This document shows positions 1-12,510 of a stretch of DNA of 64,000 nucleotides, piece after piece (the stretch's first letter is position 1; the number at the start of each line of letters is the position of its first letter). Where the stretch lies: positions 9,764,201 to 9,828,200 of the forward strand of contig NC_092679.1 in the NCBI RefSeq assembly GCF_964355755.1, in the 5' to 3' direction. A program made the translations under genes and the position numbers. The stretch comes from Antedon mediterranea (taxonomy: Eukaryota; Animalia; Echinodermata). Below the pieces are notes generated by a model. It saw nothing but the letters and a program-made list of their open reading frames with translations. It was not told where the DNA came from and searched no databases.

Positions 1-1975
1 TTTCGAAAATCACAAAAGGGTCTAAAATGTCTGTAAATGCGATTTGAAGCTATTTAAAGCACTTTGGTGTTTTTAGGTTAACAAGTTTTTTCGAAAATCA
101 CAAAATGGTCTAAAACGTCTACAAATGCGATTTGAAGCTTTTCTAAGCACTTTTGTGTTTTTATGTTAACAAGTTTTTTCGAAAATCACAAAATGGTCTA
201 GAACGTCTCCAAATGCGATTTGAAGCTATTTTAAGCACTTTGGTGCTTTTGTGTAACCAAGTTTTTTCGAAAATCACGAAATGGTCTAAAACGTCTCCAA
301 ATGCGATTTGAAGCTATTCTAAGCACTTTGGTGTTTTTACGTTAACAAGTTTTTTCGAAAATCACAAAATGGTCTAAAACGTCTCCAAATGCGATTTGAA
401 GCTATTCTAAGCACTTTGGTGTTTTTATGTTAACAAGTTTTTTTGAAAATCACAAATTGGTCTAAAACGTCTCCAAATGCGATTTGAAGCTATTTAAAGC
501 ACTTTGGTGTTTTTGTGTTAACAAGTTTTTTCGAAAATCACAAAAGGGTCTAAAATGTCTAAACATGCGATTTGAAGCTATTCTAAGCACTTTGGTGTTT
601 TTAGGTTAACAAGTTTTTTCGAAAATCACAAAATGGTCTAAAACGTCTACAAATGCGATTTGAAGCTTTTCTAAGCACTTTTGTGTTTTTATGTTAACAA
701 GTTTTTTCGAAAATCACAAAATGGTCTAAAACGTATCCAAATGCGATTTGAAGCTATTCTAAGCACTTTTGTGTTTTTGTGTTAACAAGTTTTTCGAAAA
801 TCACAAAATTGTCTAAAACGTCTCCAAATGCGATTTGAAGCTATTCTGTACACTTTGATGTTTTTATGTTAAAAAGTTTTTTCGAAAATCACAAAAGGCT
901 CTAAAATGTCTCCAAATGCGATTTGAAGCTATTCTAAGCACTTTGGTGTTTTTATGTTAACAAGTTTTTTCGAAAATCACAAAACGGTCTAAAACGTCTC
1001 CAAATGCGATTTGAAGCTATTCTGTACACTTTGGTGTTTTTATGTTAACAAGTTTTTTCAAAAATCACAAAATGGTCTAAAACGTTTCCAAATGCGATTT
1101 GAAGCTATTCTGTACACTTTGATGTTTTGTGTAAAAATTTTCTGTCGAAATGCTCAAAATGGTCAAAAACGTTTTTAAATACGATATTAAGCTACTTTGT
1201 GCTCTTTGATGTTTTTGTGTGAAAAGTTTTATCGAAATGCTCAAAATGGTCTAAAACGGTTTCTAATGTGATTTCAAGCACTTTGATGTTTTTGTGTAAC
1301 CAAGTTTTTCGAAAATCACAAAATTGTCTAAAACGTCTCCAAATGCGATTTGAAGCTATTCTGTACACTTTGATGTTTTTATGTTAACAAGTTTTTTCGA
1401 AAATCACAAAAGAGTCTAAAATATCTCGAAATGCGATTTGAAGCTATTCTAAGCACTTTGATGTTTTTATGTTAACAAGTTTTTTCGAAATCACAAAATG
1501 GTCTAAAATGTCTCCAAATGCGATTTGAAGCTAATCTTAGCACATTGGTGTTTTTATGTTAACAAGTTTTTTCGAAAATCACAAAATGGTCTAAAACGAC
1601 TCCAAATGCGATTTGAAGCTATTCTGTATACTTTGGTGTTTTTTTGTTAACAAGTTTTTTCGAAAATCACAAAATGGTCTAAAACGTCTCCAAATGCGAT
1701 TTGAAGCTATTCTGTACACTTTGGTGTTTTTATGTTAACAAGTTTTTTTCGAAAATCACAAAATGGTCTAAAACGTCTAGAAATGCGATTTGAAGCTTTT
1801 CTGTACACTTTGATGTTTTTATGTTAAGTTTTTTCGAAAATCACAAAATGGTCTAAAACGTTTCCAAATGCGATTTGAAGCTATTCTGTACACTTTGATG
1901 TTTTTATGTTAACAAGTTTTTTCAAAAATCACAAAATGGTCTAAAACGTTTCCAAATGCGATTTGAAGCTATTCT
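1..1975. repeat. 88-bp tandem satellite, left block (continues off the window edge)
   Basis: TTTCGAAAATCACAAAATGGTCTAAAACGTCTCCAAATGCGATTTGAAGC... recurs every 88 bp (the C of TCGA is at 4, 92, 180). Confidence 0.98.
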
Positions 1976-2471
1976 CATTACAAGTAGAGTCACCAGTGAA
2001 AGTGGAAAAAAGGATTAAGTACGCTCGAGGTCATACAGCTTCCTGTATGGGGAAATGATAAATAACAAATGTTTGGCTGATTATATTTTCCGTATTATTT
2101 TAATTGATATTATGAATATTCTATATTCTAATTTGAATATATTTAATCAAAAGAATCATTACATACTTTTTTGCGAAAAAATCCACCCAGTACTTAAAAA
2201 GTTACTCTGTATCGCAGTATTTTTCTAAATTTAATTTTAGCTATTCCAATAATCACACTAACCCCCTGCTTATCTTTCTGTGTTTCCCAATAGTATTTCC
2301 TGTTTACAGAATAAAATATTCTGTTATACCATGGAGAAATAACAATACGGATAGTTATTTATCCATGGCACAATTCAGTAAATAATAAAATTTAAAAAAT
2401 TAATACCTAATATATAACAACAATAAAAATGAAAAGAAATTAAAATTATTTCCACTGAATATCAATTTTAT

Positions 2472-3086
2472 TTACCAACAGCAGCAACATCACAAATTAC
2501 TAGAACTAATACAACTGTTTGAATAAGTAATACAACTTGACACATTACAATTATGCAAGGAGTATTGCCCCCATAGACACACTGAAATTAACACATCATG
2601 TGATTGTAAATATCAGGATAAAAATACACAATAATTAAACATTTTTTTTACAATTCAACAAAATATTCCGTTAATAAATATATAATGACAGTTATACAGA
2701 AATTAATACTACTGTAGTAATTGATTTATAATCAACAACTTCTGCTTGGACTGTAGAAGTGGTGTCAACTCTCTTATAAAGACTTTGGTTAGCAAGTTAC
2801 CAACAGTAGCAACATCACAAATTACTAAAACTAATACAACTGTTTGAATAAGTAATACAACTTGATGTTACACATTAAAATTATGCAAGGAGTAAAGCGT
2901 ATTGCCCCCATAGACACACTGAAATTAACTCATCATGTGATTGTAAATATCAGGATAAAAATACACAATAATTAAACATTTTTTTTACAATTCAACGAAA
3001 TATTCCGTTAATAAATATATAATTACAGTTATACAGAAATTAATACTACTGTAGTAATTGATTTATAAATCAACAACTTCTGCTTG
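2472..3086. repeat. ~280-bp direct duplication inside the TIR element
   Basis: 2472-2748 is near-identical to 2797-3086. Confidence 0.9.
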
Positions 3087-3503
3087 TAAATTGTGATTGT
3101 TATCAATGAGTAATTGTGAACTAAGATAGATAGGGCATAATGACAATGTATGAGATGTTTTGCAAGCACAAATCTTTTGAATGCCTAATGAAAACAGTTT
3201 CCTCTCGTCATCAGTAATAGAGATATAATCCAATATTTCTTCAAACGACGTATTGATACTTCCTTTCGGGTAGAAACTTCTATTTTAACTGATCAGCCAA
3301 TTCCACACAGGCTCACAAACTTCTTTCAGAACAGCATATTGACAGTTTAGATTTCGATTCACACAAGTTTTATACACAAGATCCAAAAATGGGTTTCTTT
3401 GAATTGTAACAAGTTTATGAAACAAACAGAAAAATGCCAATTCTAAAAAGCTATCAACTGCACATGAATTTCTAAAATTGAGAAAATGAGTAAACATCAC
3501 CAT
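3063..3503 (-). pseudogene. Decayed cysteine-protease (USP/peptidase C19-like) exon carried by the transposon
   Basis: The ORF motif NFRNSCAVDSFLE resembles the USP Cys box. The frame stays open ~73 codons past the TAA at 3285 (NRSFYPKGSIN...KICACK...). Confidence 0.4.
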
Positions 3504-3703
3504 TTTGGAAACACAGGCCTGTTCAGTATGTCTGCAATTCAGTCATAACCTCACAACTTCTAATTCACTATAATAAAAGATAAAAAATCACAAACAATTA
3601 TTTTATTTCACACCTGTTTGCAACTGGCTATTACAGTATATAATAATAATTACTAACTATAGTACTGTATATAACTTGTAATAATTAAAATATCAAGTAC
3701 TTA

Positions 3704-4714
3704 TAACTTTAATTCATTTCCTACATTGATTCAACCAAGAAAAACAGCGCTGCAGTACATATATGATAAATATTTAACATTCAAACATTATAACATTTTT
3801 TTTGCTGATTGCAGCCAAGACACTTTAAAACTGGTAACCTTTTGTTTTAATTTTAAATTTAACAAATGTACCAAATCTTTTTATCATTACTGTTGATTTT
3901 GTCTTCAAGTGAGATAGAATGCTGTTTAAATTGCATTGTTTAATGACTTTTTAAAATTTGGTAATCAGACATTAACCACTCAGAACAATCACTAATCAAA
4001 CACAAAAGAATTTGATTTCTTTTGTGCAATACAAAAGAATTGTTGTGTTTGGTGCCAGTAAAAAAAATAAATAAATTACATACTTAGTTAAAGACCCATT
4101 CCCTACAATTTTTGACGTTTTATAATGCATATATTACTTTAAAAACATTAAACCAGGTCATTCCTTGTCGTAATGTAACAAACAAAAAACATACAACAAA
4201 AATTAATTAAAATACTAGTACTACTAGTAACTTTAATTCATTTCCTACATTGATTCAACCAAGAAAAACAGCAGTACATAAATATTTAATATTGATTGAT
4301 TGATTGAAATTTATATTTATACTGGGTAACCTCTTCAGTCAAAGACTGGTCTCCCAGACGGCCCAGTTGATGATCAGTGGCTGTGATGTACTAATACCCC
4401 CTACTTGTCTCGAAAGATGTACTAGGTTCTTTAAAGTGCACACGAGCTAGATGTGTACACTGGACCTACGGTTTATAGGCCTTATCCGACTCGTTCTACC
4501 ACCAGGAACATGGAGTGAGTGCGCCTCGAACCCTGCCGATGTTATGGCTACGTAATTACGGTTCCACTGTCTTAACCGCTCGGCCACTCACTCCAAATAT
4601 TCAAACATTATACCATTTTTTTTTGCTGATTGCAGCCAAGACACTTTAAAACTGGTAACTTTTTGTTTTAATATTAAATTTAACAAATGCACCAAATATT
4701 TTTATTATTACTGT
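3704..4714. repeat. ~190-bp direct duplication; the second copy is interrupted by the SINE
   Basis: 3704-3893 matches 4228-4293 plus 4596-4714. Confidence 0.85.
4294..4595 (-). mobile_element. tRNA-derived SINE with a Deu/Nin-like central domain
   Basis: Minus-strand head GGAGTGAGTGGCCGAGCGGTTAAG (A box) ... GGGTTCGAGGC (B box). Core TCGGATAAGGCCTATAAACCGTAGGTCC...CACTTTAAAGAACC. (CAAT)n tail. TSD AATATT at 4288-4293 and 4596-4601. Confidence 0.88.
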
Positions 4715-5225
4715 ACATTTAAATAATTACTTTGATTTTGTTTTCTTATTATAGCAGGCCGCTAATATTATTAGAATCAACTTATTTTTCACATTTTTAA
4801 CCGTAAAGACAAAAATAGTTATCGCAATAGGACCATAAATAGTATTTGTTTTTACATTAAATGTCGTTTTTGCTCTTAAATTAGATCTAAAAAACGTAGG
4901 GCATGGGTGGGACTTTAAAAGGAACTGAAAATGGTTCAGAAGGCTCTATGCTGTAACTATTTCAATAAAATATATTTTGCTATAGTATCAAAGACAGCAC
5001 CATACTAAAATAATAACACTAACATTTTTAAAGATTTCCAAACCATTTGAATTGATTTTCCTCACAGAACTGTATGCCGGAATGTATCCTATTACCATGC
5101 CTATATGGTTTATGTCAAAATGGATCATGCAAATCATAAAAAAGTGAACATCTATAAACATACAGTATCTAACTAAAAAATTGTAGGATTTGTTTATTTA
5201 AAAAAATTATAGGTAATTGATATAA

Positions 5226-6707
5226 CTAGATGGCACGCTCGCTTCGCTCGCGTACCATCTAGGTCGTGCCCACAGATGGTTCTCGAATACACAGTATTTC
5301 CAGCGAGAAAAAAATGGAGATTTCAAATGTACGTACCGCAGGACTATAATACATTGTCGTTTACAGAGACGAATAAATATACACAATGATTTATGTAATC
5401 AACCAAAATTAGCACCCTGAGAATTACTTCCGAGAGAGAAACAAAATGAGTCAAAATTTTTTATTTGGACTCATTTAAACAAACCCAATTTGTGTTTTGT
5501 ATGTAACATTAAGGGTTGAGGGATGGGGGAGGAAGATAGGTACAAAGAGGAAACATTTTAAAATATATTCTTATCCACCACTCAGTAACGAAATATTGTT
5601 TTTAATGTTTTATAGGCCTATAAATAATATACCACTAAATACAGTAAAACATTTACGATTTAATACGGTACTTTGTTAAAACTCTCACTGTCATAGTCGA
5701 TTGAAATAGTAAAGTACATGTAACGATACACCACTACGACGTTTATATAGTTTTAAATTATTAATTAATACAAACGTTGAGAAGCAACTGTCAGTAATAA
5801 CGTTTATTTATTTGTATATTATATGTTTATAATCTAACAGTAGGGCCTACCCACACTCACAGTAATAAAGTTTATTTGTAATACCTTAACAGTATTGTAC
5901 AGCATTGCAATACTATTTATGTTTATTCTCCAAGGGGGCCCATAAATCTAAATCTATACCTCTATGGTTAAACCAAATAATTTGGAATGTTTATTTGTAT
6001 ATTATATGTTTATAATCTAACAGTAGGGCCTACCCACACTCACAGTAATAAAGTTTATTTGTATATATTTTTATATTACATCTAACAGTACCGACACTCA
6101 CAGTAAGACATTTGCGATTCAAATTGCGATCAAAAGTGGTTAATACCTTAACAGTATTGTACAGCATTGCAATACTATTTATGTTTATTCTCCAAGGAGG
6201 CCCATAAATCTAAATCTATACCTGTATGGTTAAACCAAATAATTTGGAATGTTCCATTCATCACAAATCAATACATTTGTAAAAACGTATATTAAATGTA
6301 TCAAAATAGTATTTTTTAAAGAAAATCGGCCTGTCTTCAACATTATGATGCTGTACTCGAACTGTTCAACCGGTTTTTAGCTATTAAAAACAATTATCGT
6401 AGGAGGAGATAGAAAAATGCGAAGCCTCCTCGCATTTTTGTGGCGGGTATTTTTCAAGATGGACATCCATTAGACAGTGTATACCACGATCGGAAAACAC
6501 CCCTATTTGGGGCAAATCTTTGAACCTAAATTCGTTTTAATCGTCAATAACTAATTATCTAACTTAATTTAATTAGTAAACAGGGTTAAATCAGGTGGTT
6601 AAAATCAGTACCGAAAGTACGAACCAACTTTACATACCATCGAGTAAAAATTCTAAAAGTAAGGCGCGATTTACCGAATTTTGCCCTTACGTAAATTTAT
6701 ATATAGA
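5226..6707 (-). mobile_element. Non-autonomous Helitron
   Basis: The minus strand starts TCTATATATAAA and ends with a GC-rich hairpin-like CGCGAGCGAAGCGAGCG followed by CTAG. Inserted between A and T with no TSD. Internal duplications at ~5800-6250. Confidence 0.8.
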
Positions 6708-8023
6708 TTCTGTGACATAAAATTTGCATTTTCAATAATATAAAACAACTTTTATACAATTCAAAAATCTGAAATTTCCAATTTGGTGTAAAACAATTTA
6801 TGATGTGTCAACTTATGTTGCAATAGGATTGCAATTTACTGTGGAATGTCTCTATATTCTAATAAAGTTTAGCTGATTGTACTGTACAGTGTAAGAGTAA
6901 GACAATGAATTATAATTCTTTTGTATTTACAAAAAAAATGGAATTCATTGTTTCTAAACAAATTAACATTTGGTACCTGCACATTTTAGCTGATTGTACT
7001 GTAAGACAATGAATTCTAATTCTTTTGTATTACAAATAAACTGTATTATAAAAGAAATGGAATTCTTTATTTCTAAACCAATTAACCTGTTTGGTACCAG
7101 CAAATTTAAGCATGGGAAAAAATGTAATAATTGATCATTAACAGAATCACGTGGGAAATATAAACTTTTATATGCAAAAAGCCCAATGGAATAGAAAGCA
7201 CATTGAAATGACAAATCAAAATGTAAAACTAGATTTAATTCGTCATTATGACAAATTATAGGTTTATGCATTGATTTAAATAAAGATAATTTTTGAAAGA
7301 TATATTGATTGATTGATTTTCTCATAATCTTTAATTATTTTGATATATTATAGGATCTTGCTAACGAGAATACAATAGCCGGTATCACAAGCCGATCAAA
7401 GATCCCTCTGCGTATAATGTCATAAACCACATTGTTACATAAGTAATGAAGACATTACTTACATTTTATATAGATTTCATTATAAATTATGTGTATATTA
7501 TAATCTATACACTAAAAAATAAATTGAACAAACAATACGGATAATAAAAAAAATCTTATTTCGTTTCCCAAGGTGAGACTCGATCTCGGTACCTTGTGTG
7601 CCATAGACACGAGCACAGACCAGTGACTAGACTAGGCTAGTTAGTAGAGGCCGCTAGAGTCTAGAGGCCAGTCTATAGCTAGGCCTAGCTAGGCTCTTGT
7701 CTAGGCGGTACTAGCTAGGCCTAAACCAGGCCTACTACTACTACTACTAGCCTAGCCTACTTACTAGCTAGGCCTAGCCTAGAGTGCACACATCGTTATA
7801 AATCAATAATATTAATAATAGTAATACGTACCTTTTTCTTTGTTCAAGCGGTTGACGTTATTTTTCTTTAGGCCTGTTGTCATTTGAAGGATTGTTTTGT
7901 TTATTCCGAAAATCATTGAACTTTGATCCCCATCTTCACCATAACAAAATGTTTCTTTCATCAGTCGTCGTTGACGTGACGCGTCATCATCACATCCTAA
8001 CGCATCAACAATCGGGGAAGTAC

Positions 8024-8239
8024 GGAGCTTTGCGTCGGAAAACTCTCTAGAGTCACGAGAGAGAGTTAGCCTGGTAAACTTTACATTGGGAGGATAGGAA
8101 ATGGAGCTTTGCGTCCGCAAACTCTCCAGAGTCACGAGAGAGTTAGCCTGCTAAACTTTACATTGGGAGAATAGGAAATGGAGCTTTGCGTCCGCAAACT
8201 CTCCAGAGTCACGAGAGAGTTTAGCCTGCTAAACTTTAC
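8024..8239. repeat. ~78-bp tandem repeat (about 3 copies) near the right end of the TIR element
   Basis: GGAGCTTTGCGTC...TAAACTTTAC at 8024, 8103 and 8180, followed by an ETS-like CCGGAAGT. Confidence 0.9.
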
Positions 8240-8651
8240 CGGAAGTCGATCGTTCCACCTGAACGATTTTCTATACAAAGCATACAGCATGGGCATGGCA
8301 TTGTACTGGTAGGTGGGGTAAAGACAACAGATTGAACAGCGTTTGTTTTCTAAGGTCTTGGCTCCAAGGAAATTAAATACATCTCTAACTTTCAAAATTC
8401 GTTATATTTGACAGATTTTTAAAAATCAAAGATAAATATGTATGTTTTAAATACTTCTGAACACATTTATCTCGTTTAAAGTGATAAAATATGTTTCTGA
8501 AAAAAGTTAGGATATGTTGTAAAAACTTGTAGTACACATGTTATCAGTTGATTAATCTATTATGTAAACATTGCTAATTACTTGTGCAAATAAAGTATAG
8601 CAGGATACCTGCTATAATTTAGCAATTTTGACTGGTGACTCTACTTGTAAT

Positions 8652-11369
8652 ACACTTTGATGTTTTGTGTGAAAATTTTCTGTCGAAATGCTCAAAATGG
8701 TCAAAAACGTTTTTAAATACGATATTAAGCTACTTTGTGCTCTTTGATGTTTTTGTGTGAAAAGTTTTATCGAAATGCTCAAAATGGTCTAAAACGGTTT
8801 CTAATGTGATTTCAAGAACTTTGATGTTTTTGTGTAACCAAGTTTTTCGAAAATCACAAAATTGTCTAAAACGTCTCCAAATGCGATTTGAAGCTATTCT
8901 GTACACTTTGATGTTTTTATGTTAACAAGTTTTTTCGAAAATCACAAAAGAATCTAAAATATCTCGAAATGCGATTTGAAGCTATTCTAAGCACTTTGGT
9001 GTTTTTATGTTAACAAGTTTTTTCGAAATCAAAAAAATGGTCTAAAATGTCTCCAAATGCGATTTGAAGCTAATCTTAGCACATTGGTGTTTTTATGTTA
9101 ACAAGTTTTTTCGAAAATCACAAAATGGTCTAAAACGACTCCAAATGCGATTTGAAGCTATTCTGTATACTTTGGTGTTTTTATGTTAACAAGTTTTTTC
9201 GAAAATCACAAAATGGTCTAAAACATCTAGAAATGCGATTTGAAGCTATTCTGTACACTTTGATGTTTTTATGTTAACAAGTTTTTTCGAAAATCACAAA
9301 ATGGTCTAAAACGTCTCCAAATGCGATTTGAAGCTATTCTGTACACTTTGGTGTTTTTATGTTAACAAGTTTTTTCGAAAATCACAAAATGGTCTAAAAC
9401 GTCTCCAAATGCGATTTGAAGCTATTCTGTACACTTTGCTGTTTTGTGTGAAAAATGTTTGTCGAAATCCTCAAAATGGTCAAAAACGTTTTTAAATACG
9501 ATATTAAGCTATTTTGTGCTCTTTGATGTTTTTGTGTGAAAAGTTTTATCGAAATGCTCAAAATGGTCTAAAACGGTTTCTAATGTGATTTTAAGCACTT
9601 TGATGTTTTTGTGGAACCAAGTTTTTTCGAAAATCACAAAATGGTCTAAAACGTCTCCAAATGTGATTTGAAGCTATTCTAAGCACTTTGGTGTTTTTAT
9701 GTTAACAGTTTTTTCGAAAATCACAAAATGGTCTAAAACGTCTCCAAATGCGATTTGAAGCTATTCTGTACACTTTGATGTTTTTATGGTAACAAGTTTT
9801 TTAGAAAATCACAAAATGGTCTAAAACATCTCCAAATGCGATTTAAATCTATTTTGTGCTCTTTGATGTTTTTGTGTGAAAAGTTTTATCGAAATAGTCC
9901 AAAATGGTCTAAAACGGTTTCTAATGTGATTTTAAGCCCTTTGATGTTTTTGTGTAACCAAGTTTTTTTCGAAAATCACAAAATGGTCTAAAATGTCTCC
10001 AAATGCAATTTGAAGCTATTCTAAGCACTTTGGTGTTTTTATGGAAACAATTTTTTTCGAAAATCACAAAATGGTCTAAAACGTCTCCAATAGCGATTTG
10101 AAGCTTTTCTGTACACTTTGGTGTTTTTATGTTAACAAGTTTTTTCGAAAATCACAAAATGGTCTAAAACGTCTCCAAATGCGATTTGAAGCTATTCTGT
10201 ACACTTTGATGTTTTTGTGTAACCAAGTTTTTTCGAAAATCACGAAATGGTCTAAAACGTCTCCAAATGCGATTTGAAGCTATTCTAAGCACTTTGGTGT
10301 TTTTACGTTAACAAGTTTTTTCGAAAATCACAAAATGGTCTAAAACGTCTCCAAATGCGATTTGAAGCTATTCTAAGCACTTTGGTGTTTTTATGTTAAC
10401 AAGTTTTTTTGAAAATCACAAATTGGTCTAAAACGTCTCCAAATGCGATTTGAAGCTATTTAAAGCACTTTGGTGTTTTTGTGTTAACAAGTTTTTTCGA
10501 AAATCACAAAATGGTCTAAAACGTCTAAACATGCGATTTGAAGCTATTCTAAGCACTTTGGTGTTTTTATGTTAACAAGTTTTTTCGAAAATCACAAAAT
10601 GGTCTAAAACGTCTCCAAATGCGATTTGAAGCTATTCTAAGCACTTTTGTGTTTTTGTGTTAACAAGTTTTTTTGAAAATCACAAAATGGTCTAAAACGT
10701 CTCTAAATGCGATTTGAAGCTTTTCTGTACACTTTGATGTTTTTATGTTAACAACTTTTTTCGAAAATCACAAAATGGTCTAAAATGTCTCCAAATGCGA
10801 TTTGAAGCTATTCTAAGCACTTTGGTGTTTTTATGGAAACAATTTTTTTCGAAAATCACAAAATGGTCTAAAACGTCTCCAATAGCGATTTGAAGCTTTT
10901 CTGTACACTTTGGTGTTTTTATGTTAACAAGTTTTTTCGAAAATCACAAAATGGTCTAAAACGTCTCCAAATGCGATTTGAAGCTATTCTAAGCACTTTG
11001 ATGTTTTTATGTTAACTAGTTTTTTCGAAATCACAAAATGGTCTAAAACGTCTACAAATGCGATTTGAAGCTATTCTGTACACTTTGATGTTTTTATGTT
11101 AACAAGTTTTTCGAAAATCACAAAATGGTCTAAAACGTCTCCAAATGCGATTTTAAGCTATTCTAAGCACTTTGGTGTTTTTATGTTAACAAGTTTTTTT
11201 GAAAATCACAAAATGGTCTAAAACGTCTTTAAATGCGATTTGAAGCTTTTCTGTACACTTTGATGTTTTTATGTTAACAACTTTTTTCGAAAATCACAAA
11301 ATGGTCTAAAATGTCTCCAAAATGCGATTTGAAGCTATTCTAAGCACTTTGGTGTTTTTATGGAAACAA
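8652..11369. repeat. 88-bp tandem satellite, right block
   Basis: Same monomer as 1-1975; ends abruptly at the 261-bp satellite. Confidence 0.98.
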
Positions 11370-12510
11370 CCATTAAAATATCTCACTTTCAAAAACAATA
11401 TTTATTTTCAAATTAAAAAAAAAAGACAAAAAATATCCCTAGAAGTTTGAACCCACTATTGAAATCACTCAAACCTGAGCATTACCCGTTACGCCGCAAA
11501 CCAGTATATGACTGAAGAGCTGATAATAGTCTATTTATATGAAATGGATGATCAATCAATGAAAAATAATTTCATGCAACTTTGTTTCTGATTTTAAAAA
11601 AGGTCGACTTGTTTAGGCCTGACATTTACAAACTTCAAAATATCTCACTTTCAAAAACAATATTTATTTTCAATTTAAAAAAAAAAGAAAAAAAATATTC
11701 GTAGAGGTTCGAACCCACTACTGCGAGAACTCAAACCTGAGCACTACCGGTTACGCCACAAACCAGTAGATTAGTGAAGAGCTGAAAATAGTCTATTTAT
11801 ATGAAATGAATGATCCATCAATGTAAAATGATGTTATGCAACTTTGTTTCTGATTTAAAAAAAGGTCCACTTGGTTAGGCTTGACATTTAAAACCATAAA
11901 AATATCTCACTTTTAAAAACAATATTTATTTTCAAATAAAAAAAAAAAGAAAAAAAATATTCCTAGAGGTTCGTACCCACTACTGAGAGAACTCAAACCT
12001 GAGCATTACCGTTTACGCCACAAACCAGTAGATGAGTGAAGAGCTGATAATAGTCTATTTATATGAAATGAATGATCCATCAATGTAAAATGATGTTATG
12101 CAACTTTGTTTCTGATTTAAAAAAAAGGTCCACTTGGTTAGGCTTGACATTTAAAACTATACAAATATCTCACTTTCAAAAACAATATTTATTTTCAAAT
12201 AAAAAAAAAAGAAAAAAAATATCCCCAGAAGTTCAAACCCACTATTGAAATCACCCAAACCTGAGCATTACCCGTTACGCCGCAAACCAGTAGATGACTG
12301 AATAGCTGATAATAATCTATTTATATGAAATGAATGATCAATCAATGAAAAATAATGCCATGCAACTTTGTTTCTGATTTTAAAAAAGATCCATTATTTT
12401 AGGCCTGACATTAACTACCATGATTCGATCGGAGTAAGACGTTTACACAACGAGCTCCTGAAACGCACTACTTAGCATATTAATTTTTTCTAGGCCAATC
12501 ACGACAAGAC

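Larger units (their letters stand above)
1976..8651. mobile_element. ~6.7-kb TIR DNA transposon (degenerate or non-autonomous) inserted in the 88-bp satellite
   Basis: Perfect 21-bp TIR: ATTACAAGTAGAGTCACCAGT (1977-1997) and ACTGGTGACTCTACTTGTAAT (8631-8651). The satellite resumes in register on both sides (compare the empty site at ~1101-1130). No clean TSD. Confidence 0.9.

Noticed and set aside
5941-5975. Second P-like footprint (CATA...CTATG)
   Set aside because: Inverted ends are poor and there is no flanking duplication.
7560-7790. tRNA-like remnant and CTAG/AGGCCT-rich tract
   Set aside because: The boxes are too degenerate to call; the tract is low-complexity sequence.
7812-8395. 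Two minus-strand ORFs sharing TLESLRTQSSISY
   Set aside because: The similarity is due to the 78-bp DNA repeat; no recognisable domain.
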